A stretch of 57,389 nucleotides of DNA from a bacterium. GTDB lineage: Bacteria; Margulisbacteria; WOR-1; O2-12-FULL-45-9; XYB2-FULL-48-7. The translations under genes and the position numbers were made by a program. Below are positions 10,774 through 19,895 of this stretch, piece by piece; positions within the stretch are counted from its first letter, which is position 1; the number at the start of each line of letters is the position of its first letter. The stretch spans positions 1-57,389 of the forward strand of contig JBDRLW010000022.1 in NCBI GenBank assembly GCA_043812655.1, read 5' to 3'. The notes below the pieces were generated by a model. That model was not told the origin of the DNA. It did not search any database and was given only the letters and a program-made list of their open reading frames with translations.

Positions 10774-11509
10774 AATATTGGTTGTCGATGATGAACTGTC
10801 GATCCGTGAATCCTTTAAATTGATCCTTGAAGGGAAGTATCAGATCGTCACCGCCTCTTCCGGCGAAGCCGCGATGGAACAAGTTAAGAACGGCAAGATA
10901 GAATTGGTTTTTCTTGATATCAGGATGCCCGGCATGACCGGCCTCGAAACCTTACCCAAACTTAAAGAGCTTGACCCCGCCCTTGATGTGGTCATGGTCA
11001 CTGCCGTCAATGAGGTCGGCAAAGCCAGCGAAGCGATCAAGCTAGGCGCCAGGGACTATCTCATCAAACCATTTAATGTTGACGCGATCTTAAAAATGAC
11101 CGAGATCATCCTGCGCCAAAGATCCCTTCGAAATTTCTATCATCTTTTACAAGAAAAACCACCGGCCGTCAAAACTGGCCCAGTTGCCACTTCAGACCTC
11201 CCGACTTTAATTAAATATTATCTTGAATTTTTCAGCGCCAAATACAATTTATCCTCAAAGGAAATCTCAAGCGAGGCGGCAAACATCCTGACTCTCTACA
11301 ATTGGCCAGGGGATAAAGTTGAACTGGCTGATCTTTTAGAAACACTCGTCCTCACTACAGGAAATAATAAGATCGAGAAGTGCGATCTCCCGTTCAATCT
11401 TTTGCAAAAAAGCGGCCAAACCTTTGACTGCGACTACCTCGCCTATTTTCAGGAAAATGCCCAGGGCCGGAATCGAACCGGCATGGCTTATTCAACCGAG
11501 GGATTTTAA
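10766..11509 (+). CDS. Response regulator: intact REC plus only the lid remnant of a sigma54 AAA+ domain
   Basis: VVDDE/FLD/KPF REC motifs, then YNWPGDKVEL lid-like segment; no Walker motifs; 3' end runs into the antisense tRNA-Leu. Confidence 0.8.
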   Translation: MPKILVVDDELSIRESFKLILEGKYQIVTASSGEAAMEQVKNGKIELVFLDIRMPGMTGLETLPKLKELDPALDVVMVTAVNEVGKASEAIKLGARDYLIKPFNVDAILKMTEIILRQRSLRNFYHLLQEKPPAVKTGPVATSDLPTLIKYYLEFFSAKYNLSSKEISSEAANILTLYNWPGDKVELADLLETLVLTTGNNKIEKCDLPFNLLQKSGQTFDCDYLAYFQENAQGRNRTGMAYSTEGF

Positions 11510-11542
11510 GTCCCTTGCGTCTACCAGTTCCGCCACCTGGGC
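11458..11542 (-). tRNA. tRNA-Leu (TAA)
   Basis: GCCCAGGTGGCGGAACTGGTAGACGC..., loop CTTAAAA, long variable arm, GGTTCGATTCC. Confidence 0.95.
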
Positions 11543-11543
11543 A

Positions 11544-11951
11544 CTAAACTCGTGGGAGTTTCTTTTTCTTTCCCGTCTGCTTAACTTCGAGGTTCCGCTT
11601 CCAATCAGAAAGCTTTTCTTCGCTCTGTTTTAAGAATTGGGTGATCTTATCTTCAAAAGTTCCGGGAAGTGGTTTATTATCCACTTGGCCCGGCCGTCTG
11701 GGCGGCGCCATCACCGTCTTCCCTACCTGCTTGATCGAAAGGTCGTACTTCCCCTCTTTCGTCGCCCCCAAAACTTTGACTTTTGTTAGATCGCCGATCC
11801 GCAGATGTTTCGTAATATCGGTAACATAAGCATCCGCGACCTGGGAAATATGGACTAAGCCGACTTTCCCCTCCGGCAATTCAATAAAAGCCCCAAATTT
11901 TGTTAGCCCGGTAATTTTACCTTCGACTTCTGACCCAATTTCTATTGGCAT
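11544..11951 (-). CDS. S1 RNA-binding domain protein (YabR/YugI-like)
   Basis: GKITGLTKFGAFIEL...GLVHISQV; FEDKITQFLKQSEEK tail. Confidence 0.9.
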   Translation of the reverse strand: MPIEIGSEVEGKITGLTKFGAFIELPEGKVGLVHISQVADAYVTDITKHLRIGDLTKVKVLGATKEGKYDLSIKQVGKTVMAPPRRPGQVDNKPLPGTFEDKITQFLKQSEEKLSDWKRNLEVKQTGKKKKLPRV

Positions 11952-12205
11952 TTATATGCAGTCTCGCCTTTTTTGATCATCCCCAGCCTGGTCCGTGCTA
12001 TCTCTTCAATTAGATCATTGCTTTTGATCCGTGCCAAGCGATCATTCATTTCCCTAGCCTTCTCCTCAGCTATCACTAAAACTCTCACCGCCTCCGCCTT
12101 ATCCTTTCTCAACCCCTGTTGTCCAATTATATCCTGACGGATCAAAAAAATAAAGTATATAACTAAAACAAAAAACAGCCCCCAGCCAATTTTTTTTATG
12201 TCCAT
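11942..12205 (-). CDS. Septum formation initiator (DivIC/FtsB family)
   Basis: N-terminal TM helix, coiled coil, IEEIARTRLGMIKKGE; usual position upstream of the S1 gene. Confidence 0.85.
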   Translation of the reverse strand: MDIKKIGWGLFFVLVIYFIFLIRQDIIGQQGLRKDKAEAVRVLVIAEEKAREMNDRLARIKSNDLIEEIARTRLGMIKKGETAYKCQ

Positions 12206-12942
12206 ATGCCAAAATACCAGCTAATTATCGCTTTCCCCCAAAAAATAGCGATCACCGCCCCGCCAGCTAGCGCCGGCCCGAACGGGATATAACTCCCTAG
12301 CTTTACTTGCTGCCGAAAAATACAATAAAAGGCTACTGCCGCCGCTAATAAATAAGCCAAAAAGATCGCCAATAGGACTAACTGCCAACCCAAAAAAGCC
12401 CCGATCATCCCGATCAAAAATATATCTCCCTCTCCCATCACTTCTTTTTTATACGCCATCTCGCCCAACTTTTTGATCAGCAAAAGAAGGCTGACCCCAA
12501 TTAAAATACCAAGCAAAGAATTTTCTATTTGGCTGGTGATCAAGCCGTGGACTAAACCGACGCCAACGCCGATCAAGCATAAACTATCCGGGATAAGTTG
12601 GTTTTCCAGGTCGATAAAAAAGATCATCAGCAAAAGCGAAATAAACGCCGCATAAATAACAAAAAGCAATAAATCGTGGCCGACAAACCGCCAAATATAA
12701 ACAAAAAATAAGGCGGTCAATATTTCAACGATCGGATAGCGGGGCGAGATCGTCCCTTGGCAATGACGACATTTTCCCCGCAAATATAAATAACTAAAAA
12801 CTGGTATAAGTTCCCAAACAGTTAATTTGGCGCCGCAGTTTGGGCAATGTGATGGCGGAAAAACGATCGACTCGCCTCGAGACAAACGATGGATACAAAC
12901 ATTTAAAAAACTACCGATAAGTAGGCCAAAAATTACTATCAT
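12196..12942 (-). CDS. pilD: Type IV prepilin peptidase
   Basis: GSFLNVCIHR, SHCPNC, GKCRHC, MGEGD, IPFGPAL. Confidence 0.95.
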   Translation of the reverse strand: MIVIFGLLIGSFLNVCIHRLSRGESIVFPPSHCPNCGAKLTVWELIPVFSYLYLRGKCRHCQGTISPRYPIVEILTALFFVYIWRFVGHDLLLFVIYAAFISLLLMIFFIDLENQLIPDSLCLIGVGVGLVHGLITSQIENSLLGILIGVSLLLLIKKLGEMAYKKEVMGEGDIFLIGMIGAFLGWQLVLLAIFLAYLLAAAVAFYCIFRQQVKLGSYIPFGPALAGGAVIAIFWGKAIISWYFGIWT

Positions 12943-13011
12943 TTTCTTGACTTCACGACTAAGAGATTATATAGTAAGAAAAAGGTAAAGTCAAAAATGG
13001 GAAATTCAAAC

Positions 13012-13129
13012 AGCCCTCATCCGCTAGCGCAAAATATACCCCCTTCTCCCAAAGGGAGAAGGTTTGATTCTGTTTTTACCCCTCTCCCCCTGGGAGAGGG
13101 GGCTGACTTTGCGTTACTGGGTGAGGGCT
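13012..13129. repeat. REP-like nested palindrome (CCCTCTCCC/GGGAGAGGG type)
   Basis: Outer stem agccctca..gcgcaaa / tttgcgt..tgagggct encloses hairpins ccttctccc-aaa-gggagaagg and ccctctccc-cct-gggagaggg. Confidence 0.75.
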
Positions 13130-13130
13130 A

Positions 13131-13973
13131 ATGCATTTACCCCCATATTTAATTAAAAGGATCCCCAAACAAGAGAACATCCGCAAGATCAGGTCGATCT
13201 TGCAGGATGGGACGATCCATACCGTCTGCGAAGAAGCTAAATGCCCCAATATTGGCGAGTGTTTCGCCAGGCAGACTTGCACTTTTATGATCCTGGGAAA
13301 TAACTGCACAAGAAATTGTGCATTCTGCGGCGTTGATAATGGGAACCCATGCCCCGTCGATCAAGATGAACCGAAAAAGATCGCTGAAGCGGTAAAAAAA
13401 CTCAGGCTAAAATATGTCGTCATCACCTCGGTAACTAGGGATGATTTGCTAGATGGCGGGGCTGAACAGTTTGCAAAAACGGTTGAAAACCTGCGACTGA
13501 ACGTCGCGGTTTCCAAAATAGAAATTTTAATCCCTGATTTTATTGAATCACTAAATATTGTACTAGACGCTAAGCCCTACGTCCTAAATCACAACATCGA
13601 AACTGTGCCGAGGCTTTACCAAAAAATCCGCCCGCAGGCAAAATATGAGCGGTCGCTGGCCATCTTAAAGAAGACAAAAGAGTTGGCGCCGGACATTTAC
13701 ACCAAAAGCGGTTTTATGGTAGGATTAGGTGAGACGGAAGCGGAAGTTTTTGCCGTGCTGAAGGACTTATTTGCCAACCAGTGCGAACTAGTCACGATCG
13801 GCCAGTACCTCCCTCCTTCGAAGTTTCATCTTCAGCCGGAACGGTTCGTTACCCCGGAAGAATTTGAAAAGTATAAAACTTTTGGCCTGGAGCTGGGCTT
13901 TAAACAGGTTGCCGCCGGCCCCTTCGTCAGGAGTTCGTATCACGCCGAGGAAACAGTAAAGGGGAACAAATAA
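13131..13973 (+). CDS. lipA: Lipoyl synthase
   Basis: CEEAKCPNIGEC, CTRNCAFC, NHNIETV, VRSSY. Confidence 0.97.
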   Translation: MHLPPYLIKRIPKQENIRKIRSILQDGTIHTVCEEAKCPNIGECFARQTCTFMILGNNCTRNCAFCGVDNGNPCPVDQDEPKKIAEAVKKLRLKYVVITSVTRDDLLDGGAEQFAKTVENLRLNVAVSKIEILIPDFIESLNIVLDAKPYVLNHNIETVPRLYQKIRPQAKYERSLAILKKTKELAPDIYTKSGFMVGLGETEAEVFAVLKDLFANQCELVTIGQYLPPSKFHLQPERFVTPEEFEKYKTFGLELGFKQVAAGPFVRSSYHAEETVKGNK

Positions 13974-15154
13974 TGAAAATACCAGAAGCCGATCGATTAT
14001 TAAAATTGCCGACTTATGTCTTTGCCCAATTAGATAAGATCAAAGCGGAGCAATATGCCAAAGGAGCGGATCTGATCGACCTCGGCATGGGGAATCCCGA
14101 TATTCCACCCCCACCGGAAATAACTGAAACCCTGATCAAGTCATTATCAAATCCGGAAAATCATAGATATCCGTCCTTTGAAGGGGCACCGGAATTTAAA
14201 GCCGCAGTCTCTTCTTGGTGTAAACGGCAATACGGCATCACGGTTGATCCCGAACATGAAGTTGTTACTTTGATCGGTTCCAAAGAAGGAGTTGTCCATT
14301 TTACTTTAGCCTACATCAATCCGGGCGATCTAACTCTCGTCCCGATGCCGGCCTACCCGGCCCATTTTCGGGGTACGATCTTAGCCGGCGGTGAGCCGGT
14401 CGTCTTGCCAACAACAGAAAGCAACGGCTACATTCCCGATTTAAAAAACATCGATCCGGCGATCGCCGATAAAGCCAAACTTTTGATCATTAGTTACCCT
14501 AGCAATCCAACTGGTGCCATAGCTACGAAAGAATTTTATGAGGAGTGCGTCGCCTTCTGTAAAAAACATGAGCTGATCTTGCTTCATGACTTCGCTTATG
14601 CTGAAATTTATTTCGAAGGGAACAAACCGCTCTCGATGCTGTCGATCCCCGGCGCTAAAGATGTCTGCATCGAATTCCACACGACCTCCAAAACCTTTGG
14701 CATGCCCGGCTGGCGCTGCGGCTTTGCCGTCGGCAACCAGAGATTGATCGAATCGCTCCGCAAGATCAAGACCAACCTTGATTACGGCTTATTTACTGCC
14801 GTCCAAAAAGCGGCGATCGCGGCAATGACGCTGGACGAAAGTAAATACATTGAAAAAGTCCGAACAACTTATCAAAAGAGAAGAGATGTCTTTGTAAATG
14901 GAATGAACGAGCTCGGCTGGAATATTAAAAAACCAAAGGCTAGCATGTATGTCTGGTTCCCTGTCCCGCAAGGCTTTGACTCAACTTCCTTTACCATGCA
15001 CCTGGTCGAAAAAACCGGGGTAGTTGTCTCCCCTGGCACCGCTTTCGGCGAATTAGGCGAAGGTTATGTCCGGGCCGCGCTGGTTGCTTCGGAAGCCAGG
15101 ATAAGCGAAGCCCTTGATCGGCTAAAAAAAGCCGGCATTCGTTTTAATGCCTAG
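13973..15154 (+). CDS. dapL: Class I/II PLP aminotransferase, LL-diaminopimelate aminotransferase-like
   Basis: LIGSKEG, YPSNPTGA, HDFAY, SKTFGMPGWRCG. Confidence 0.75.
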   Translation: MKIPEADRLLKLPTYVFAQLDKIKAEQYAKGADLIDLGMGNPDIPPPPEITETLIKSLSNPENHRYPSFEGAPEFKAAVSSWCKRQYGITVDPEHEVVTLIGSKEGVVHFTLAYINPGDLTLVPMPAYPAHFRGTILAGGEPVVLPTTESNGYIPDLKNIDPAIADKAKLLIISYPSNPTGAIATKEFYEECVAFCKKHELILLHDFAYAEIYFEGNKPLSMLSIPGAKDVCIEFHTTSKTFGMPGWRCGFAVGNQRLIESLRKIKTNLDYGLFTAVQKAAIAAMTLDESKYIEKVRTTYQKRRDVFVNGMNELGWNIKKPKASMYVWFPVPQGFDSTSFTMHLVEKTGVVVSPGTAFGELGEGYVRAALVASEARISEALDRLKKAGIRFNA

Positions 15155-16076
15155 GCCGATTATCGGCGTAACCATGGGCGATCCGGCCGGGATCGGTCCT
15201 GAGGTCTGCGCCAAAGCCCTCACCTCTCCAGAAGTCAAAGCGATCGCCGATTGCGTTTTGATCGGCGACCGGAGAATGCTCCCCAAAGTAACGGCCAATT
15301 CAATCAGGGTTATCGATCTCCATAACGCCGACCCCGCCAAAATAAAGATCGGGCAGGTTTCTAAACTAGCCGGCAAAGCCGCTTATGAATACCTGGAAAA
15401 AGCTATTGATCTTGCCAAAGCCGGAGATATAGACGCTATTGCCACTGCGCCTATCAATAAAGAAGCTCTCCATAAAGCTGGTTATAAATACGATGGACAC
15501 ACTGAAATTCTAGCCGCTAAAACAAAGGCAAAAAACCAGGCCATGATGTTTGTTACCACCAAACTTTGGGTGATCCTGGCCACCACTCACCTGCCCATCT
15601 CAAAAGTCAGTAAGGCTTTAACTAAAAAGACTATCTTTAATTGTATTAAACTCGCTAACGACACTTACCTGAAAGTTAATGGGAAGAAACCAAAGATCGG
15701 TGTCGCTGGACTCAATCCTCATGCCGGTGAAAATGGAATATTTGGCAAAGAAGAGATCAATATTATTAAACCGGCAATTGAAGAAGCAAAAAAGCTGGGA
15801 CTAAACATTAATGGGCCCATTTCTCCCGATGCTATTTTTTATTTGGCCAAAAGCGGAGTTTTTGATATTGTCGTCGCCATGTACCATGATCAAGGACTGA
15901 TCCCGCTTAAGCTCCTCCATTTTAACCAGTCGGTCAATGTTACTGTCGGCCTGCCGATTATCCGCACTTCCGTCGACCACGGCACCGGCTTTGATATCAC
16001 CGGCCGTGGCTGGGCCAATCCCCAAAGCTTGATTGAAGCGATCAAAGTCGCGGCGATGTTCGCAAAAAAGCGCTAA
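15147..16076 (+). CDS. pdxA: 4-hydroxythreonine-4-phosphate dehydrogenase
   Basis: MGDPAGIGPE, LNPHAGE, AMYHDQG, RTSVDHGT. Confidence 0.95.
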   Translation: MPRPIIGVTMGDPAGIGPEVCAKALTSPEVKAIADCVLIGDRRMLPKVTANSIRVIDLHNADPAKIKIGQVSKLAGKAAYEYLEKAIDLAKAGDIDAIATAPINKEALHKAGYKYDGHTEILAAKTKAKNQAMMFVTTKLWVILATTHLPISKVSKALTKKTIFNCIKLANDTYLKVNGKKPKIGVAGLNPHAGENGIFGKEEINIIKPAIEEAKKLGLNINGPISPDAIFYLAKSGVFDIVVAMYHDQGLIPLKLLHFNQSVNVTVGLPIIRTSVDHGTGFDITGRGWANPQSLIEAIKVAAMFAKKR

Positions 16077-16888
16077 TGCCAACCTTAGCCGATATCACCA
16101 AAGGACTCTTACAAGCCTACAACCGCTACCCCCGGAAAAATCTGGGACAACATTTTTTAATTGATCTAAAAGTGGTTGAAAGAATAATTAATGCCGCGCA
16201 GCTAACCAAAGACGATCTGGTAATTGAAATTGGTTCTGGCCTTGGAGTTGTCACCTCTGAACTGGCTAAACATGTTTACCAGCTTATTGCCGTCGAAATT
16301 GATAAAGAGCTCCTTGGCATCAGTAAAGAAGTTCTGAAAGATGCGACAAACATCAGTTTTGTTTCGAGTGATATTTTAAAGGTCGATCTGGCCGAATTAT
16401 CACTTGGCAGAAAATACAAAGTTATCGGCAACCTCCCCTATTATATTACCGCGCCAATAATTGAAAAGATCTTAACCGCGGCCGATAAACCGGAACTAGC
16501 GGTTGTCATGACCCAAAAAGAAGTGGCAGAAAGAATGGCCTCAAAACCTGGGAGTAAAAAATACGGTTCATTCTCGATCTTTGTCCAATTTTACGCTAAG
16601 GTCGAACTAAATTCACTGGTTTCTAAGTCTTCATTCCTCCCTTGGCCCGAAGTCGGCTCTGCGGTTGTCTCCTTAAGGCCTTATCAAACACCAAAATACG
16701 AAGTTAAAGATGAAAAGCTGTTTTTTGACATCGTCCACGCCGCTTTCCAGCAGAGACGAAAGAAGCTTAGCAATTCGCTCAAAGAGTTTAATCTTGCCGG
16801 CAGTTCTATCGATCTTACCCGCCGGCCGGAGCAGTTACCGATCGAAGAGTTTGTTGAATTAGCGAATTTAGCAGTTATCGGTTCTTAG
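16076..16888 (+). CDS. rsmA: 16S rRNA m6(2)A dimethyltransferase
   Basis: LGQHFL, EIGSGLG, GNLPYYIT, QKEVAER. Confidence 0.96.
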   Translation: MPTLADITKGLLQAYNRYPRKNLGQHFLIDLKVVERIINAAQLTKDDLVIEIGSGLGVVTSELAKHVYQLIAVEIDKELLGISKEVLKDATNISFVSSDILKVDLAELSLGRKYKVIGNLPYYITAPIIEKILTAADKPELAVVMTQKEVAERMASKPGSKKYGSFSIFVQFYAKVELNSLVSKSSFLPWPEVGSAVVSLRPYQTPKYEVKDEKLFFDIVHAAFQQRRKKLSNSLKEFNLAGSSIDLTRRPEQLPIEEFVELANLAVIGS

Positions 16889-17303
16889 GCAGCCAATCAA
16901 TTTCTATCAAGTCCTCTATACATTTAAACTCGGGGTCGCCGGTCATAATAACCGCTTTATTCGTCAGTGCGGTCGCCATAACATAAGCATCGGCATATGA
17001 CAGCTTATTTTCCGCTTTAATCCGTCCCGCAATGATAGCTATATCTTCTTTTACCCCAACAAATTGGAGAGGCCAAAGCTTGATCATACCAATTACACGA
17101 TCGGCTTCCGCCGCACCATATTCCCGATAAACAATATAATATACCTCTCCCAAATTAACATAATTCAGAAAAACCTTATTTTTCTTCTTAAATGCCGCCC
17201 AAACAACATCCTTTACCTTTTGCCATCCTGGTTCTTCTTTTAGATAAGTTAAAACGGCAAAGGAATCTAAGGCATATCTTTCCTTATATTTTCTTTTTTT
17301 CAT
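16875..17303 (-). CDS. vapC: PIN-domain VapC toxin
   Basis: ALDSFAVL, NLGEVYY, LSYADAY, TGDPEF. Confidence 0.9.
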   Translation of the reverse strand: MKKRKYKERYALDSFAVLTYLKEEPGWQKVKDVVWAAFKKKNKVFLNYVNLGEVYYIVYREYGAAEADRVIGMIKLWPLQFVGVKEDIAIIAGRIKAENKLSYADAYVMATALTNKAVIMTGDPEFKCIEDLIEIDWLPKNR

Positions 17304-17532
17304 ACCTTAATTCTTCTTGCCTGATCTCTTTCAATAATTCTCTCGTCGACCGCCCACCCTTCAACATCCCCCTCGCACCATCAATCGGATTTTTGACAGC
17401 TAACGGAACAATTACTATCTCCCCGCCAATGTCCATTAGTTCTACCGTATCTCCCGCCGACAGGTCATATTTTTCCCGAAGCTCAGCCGGAACAACAATC
17501 TGTCCTTTAGCAGACAATTTTGTGGTCATCAT
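17284..17532 (-). CDS. AbrB/MazE/SpoVT-family antitoxin
   Basis: KLSAKGQIVVPAELREKY; start reassigned to 17532 after an AAGGAGG SD. Confidence 0.9.
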   Translation of the reverse strand: MMTTKLSAKGQIVVPAELREKYDLSAGDTVELMDIGGEIVIVPLAVKNPIDGARGMLKGGRSTRELLKEIRQEELRYEKKKI

Positions 17533-17550
17533 ATTGAGCCCCTCCTTTAT

Positions 17551-17579
17551 GGTTTTACTTTGCATGTTATAGTAAAACC
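17551..17579. promoter_or_regulatory. Palindromic TA autorepression operator overlapping the vapBC promoter
   Basis: GGTTTTACT-N11-AGTAAAACC, overlapping TTGACA-N17-TACTAT on the minus strand. Confidence 0.7.
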
Positions 17580-17623
17580 TTTTAATGCTGTTGTCAAGAG
17601 ATAATATGTTATAATTTATTCAC

Positions 17624-18550
17624 ATGACACCAAAAGTAACAGTGGTCGGAGCGGGAAATGTGGGGGCACAATGCGCTTATCGCCTCGCCCAAAGAGATTT
17701 AGCTAATGTCGTTTTAATCGATATCATGGACGGCCTTCCTCAAGGCAAAGCACTCGATATGTCGCAAGCGGGTGCGATCGATAATTTTTCTTCGATCATC
17801 ATCGGCACCAATAATTACGCCGACACCAAAGATTCTGCAGTTGTGGTCGTTACCGCTGGTCTAGCTCGCAAGCCGGGGATGTCGCGCGATGACCTGATCA
17901 ATAAAAACGCCGCGATCATGAAGGATGTTCTTAGTAATATCGTCAAATATTCCCCCAATGCGATTCTTTTAATAGTAACTAATCCCTTGGATGTAATGAC
18001 CTATCACGCTCTCAAACTCTCCGGCTTTCCCGCTAACAGAGTTTTTGGCATGGCACCACTCCTCGACGCTGCCCGGATGTGTTATTTTATCGCTCAAACC
18101 TTAAAGGTTTCAATTAAAGAAGTTTATTCGGAAGTTTTGGGGAGCCACGGTGATCTCATGGTCCCTATCCCCCGGCTTTCAACCGCTAAAGGAAAACCGA
18201 TCACCGAATTACTCACCCCTGAACAGGTCAAGCATATTGTCGAAAAAACTACAAATGGCGGGGCAGAAATTGTCGGTCTCCTTAAAACTGGTTCGGCGTA
18301 TTATGCTCCCGGTTCTGCCGCAGCTTGTATGGTTGAGGCAATTTTGAAAGATTCCGGTGAAGTGATCGGCACCTGCGCTCACCTCACTGGCCAATACGGC
18401 ATTTCGGATGTCTGCATCGGTGTTCCGGTTAAGCTGGGAAAAAATGGGATCGAGAAAATTGTTGAGCTTGATTTAACACCTGAAGAACTAACTTCATTAC
18501 AAAACGCAGCCGCTGCGGTTAAAAAACTGAGTACTGTTTTGCCCGCTTAA
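17624..18550 (+). CDS. mdh: Malate dehydrogenase (LDH-like)
   Basis: GAGNVG, ARKPGMSRDDL, NPLD, GSHGD, GSAYYAP. Confidence 0.95.
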   Translation: MTPKVTVVGAGNVGAQCAYRLAQRDLANVVLIDIMDGLPQGKALDMSQAGAIDNFSSIIIGTNNYADTKDSAVVVVTAGLARKPGMSRDDLINKNAAIMKDVLSNIVKYSPNAILLIVTNPLDVMTYHALKLSGFPANRVFGMAPLLDAARMCYFIAQTLKVSIKEVYSEVLGSHGDLMVPIPRLSTAKGKPITELLTPEQVKHIVEKTTNGGAEIVGLLKTGSAYYAPGSAAACMVEAILKDSGEVIGTCAHLTGQYGISDVCIGVPVKLGKNGIEKIVELDLTPEELTSLQNAAAAVKKLSTVLPA

Positions 18551-18574
18551 CTCCTTTGCGCTATAATTAACTTA

Positions 18575-19417
18575 ATGCGTGAAATATCAGCCAACCAAAT
18601 AACCGAAGCGGTTAAAAACCTTTGTATTAATGCTAATACTAACTTAGCCGATGACGTCCTTACTGCCCTGAACGAAGCCCTTAAAAACGAAACTTCGCCT
18701 AACGGCCGGGAAATAATCAGGCAGATCCTGCAAAATGCCGAGATCGCGAAAAAAGAAAAACTCCCGATCTGCCAGGATACCGGGACAGCAATTGTCTTTA
18801 TTGAGATCGGCCAGGATGTCCATATAATTGGCGGCTCATTTAAAGAAGCCATTAACGAAGGCGTTAGCCAAGGTTACATTGAAGGTTATTTGCGCAAATC
18901 GATCGCTCTCGACCCGCTCGAGAGAAAAAATAGTAGCGACAACACGCCAGCGATCATCCACACCGAGATCGTCCCCGGCGATAAAATAAAGATCAACCTC
19001 CTCTGTAAAGGCGGCGGCGCGGAAAATAAAAGCGTGATAAAGATGCTCAAACCGACTTCATCCCAAGACGAGATCGAAGATTTTATCGTAGAAACAGTCA
19101 AACAAGCCGGCCCTGATGCCTGCCCACCTTATATAGTAGGCGTTGGCATTGGCAGTAATTTTGATAGCGCCCCGCTCCTGGCTAAAAAAGCGCTTTTGCG
19201 CGAAGTTGGGATGCATAACAGCGGCAGTGATACCGCCAAATGGGAAAAAGAATTGCTAAAGAGAATAAACAGCTTAGGGATCGGCCCGATGGGCTTAGGC
19301 GGAAAAACCACAGCTCTTGCGGTTAATATTGAAAGAAAGCCATGCCATATTTCGTCGCTGCCAGTCGCGGTTAATATTGAATGCCATGCACATCGACATA
19401 AACACACCATTATCTGA
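18575..19417 (+). CDS. Fe-S fumarate hydratase/tartrate dehydratase alpha subunit
   Basis: PICQDTG, KGGGAEN, ACPP, CHAHR. Confidence 0.92.
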   Translation: MREISANQITEAVKNLCINANTNLADDVLTALNEALKNETSPNGREIIRQILQNAEIAKKEKLPICQDTGTAIVFIEIGQDVHIIGGSFKEAINEGVSQGYIEGYLRKSIALDPLERKNSSDNTPAIIHTEIVPGDKIKINLLCKGGGAENKSVIKMLKPTSSQDEIEDFIVETVKQAGPDACPPYIVGVGIGSNFDSAPLLAKKALLREVGMHNSGSDTAKWEKELLKRINSLGIGPMGLGGKTTALAVNIERKPCHISSLPVAVNIECHAHRHKHTII

Positions 19418-19895
19418 TAAAGAGGTAAAAAAACTTAAAGCCGGCGATCAAGTTTTGATCAGCGGGGTGATCTATACGGCCAGAGATGCCGCCCATAAAA
19501 AGTTTGGTGGCAAGCCTCCTTTTGATATCAAAGGACAAATTATTTATTACGCTTCGCCAACTCCCGCCAGGCCTGGAACGACTATCGGCTCGATCGGCCC
19601 AACTACTTCTTCCCGGATGGACGCTTTTGCGTCCGCGCTCATAAAACAGGGCTTGGCAGGGATGATAGGGAAAGGAAGGAGAAGCAAAGAAGTTATCGCC
19701 GCGATCAAGAAATATAAAGCGGTTTATTTTGTTGTCCCCGGCGGCGTGGCCGCCCTTCTCTCGAAACACGTCAAGAGATCAACGCTGGTCGCCTACCAGG
19801 AACTCGGTGCCGAAGCGGTCTTAGCCCTCGAAGTCGACAAATTCCCCGCAATAGTGGCAATAGATTCAAAGGGTGTAGATATTTTCAAGAGATGA
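19386..19895 (+). CDS. Fe-S fumarate hydratase beta subunit
   Basis: TARDAAHK, GPTTSSRM, IGKG, VAIDSKG; start probably ATG 19386. Confidence 0.9.
   Translation: MHIDINTPLSDKEVKKLKAGDQVLISGVIYTARDAAHKKFGGKPPFDIKGQIIYYASPTPARPGTTIGSIGPTTSSRMDAFASALIKQGLAGMIGKGRRSKEVIAAIKKYKAVYFVVPGGVAALLSKHVKRSTLVAYQELGAEAVLALEVDKFPAIVAIDSKGVDIFKR

Noticed and set aside
11424..11633. 69-aa ORF
   Set aside because: Antisense shadow of tRNA-Leu and the S1 gene.
13076..13309. 77-aa ORF ending in PPLPGGEG
   Set aside because: Antisense to lipA; its tail is just the REP-like palindrome.
19317..19417. Programmed frameshift fusing fumarase alpha and beta
   Set aside because: Split subunits are normal and an in-frame ATG exists at 19386; no slippery site evident.
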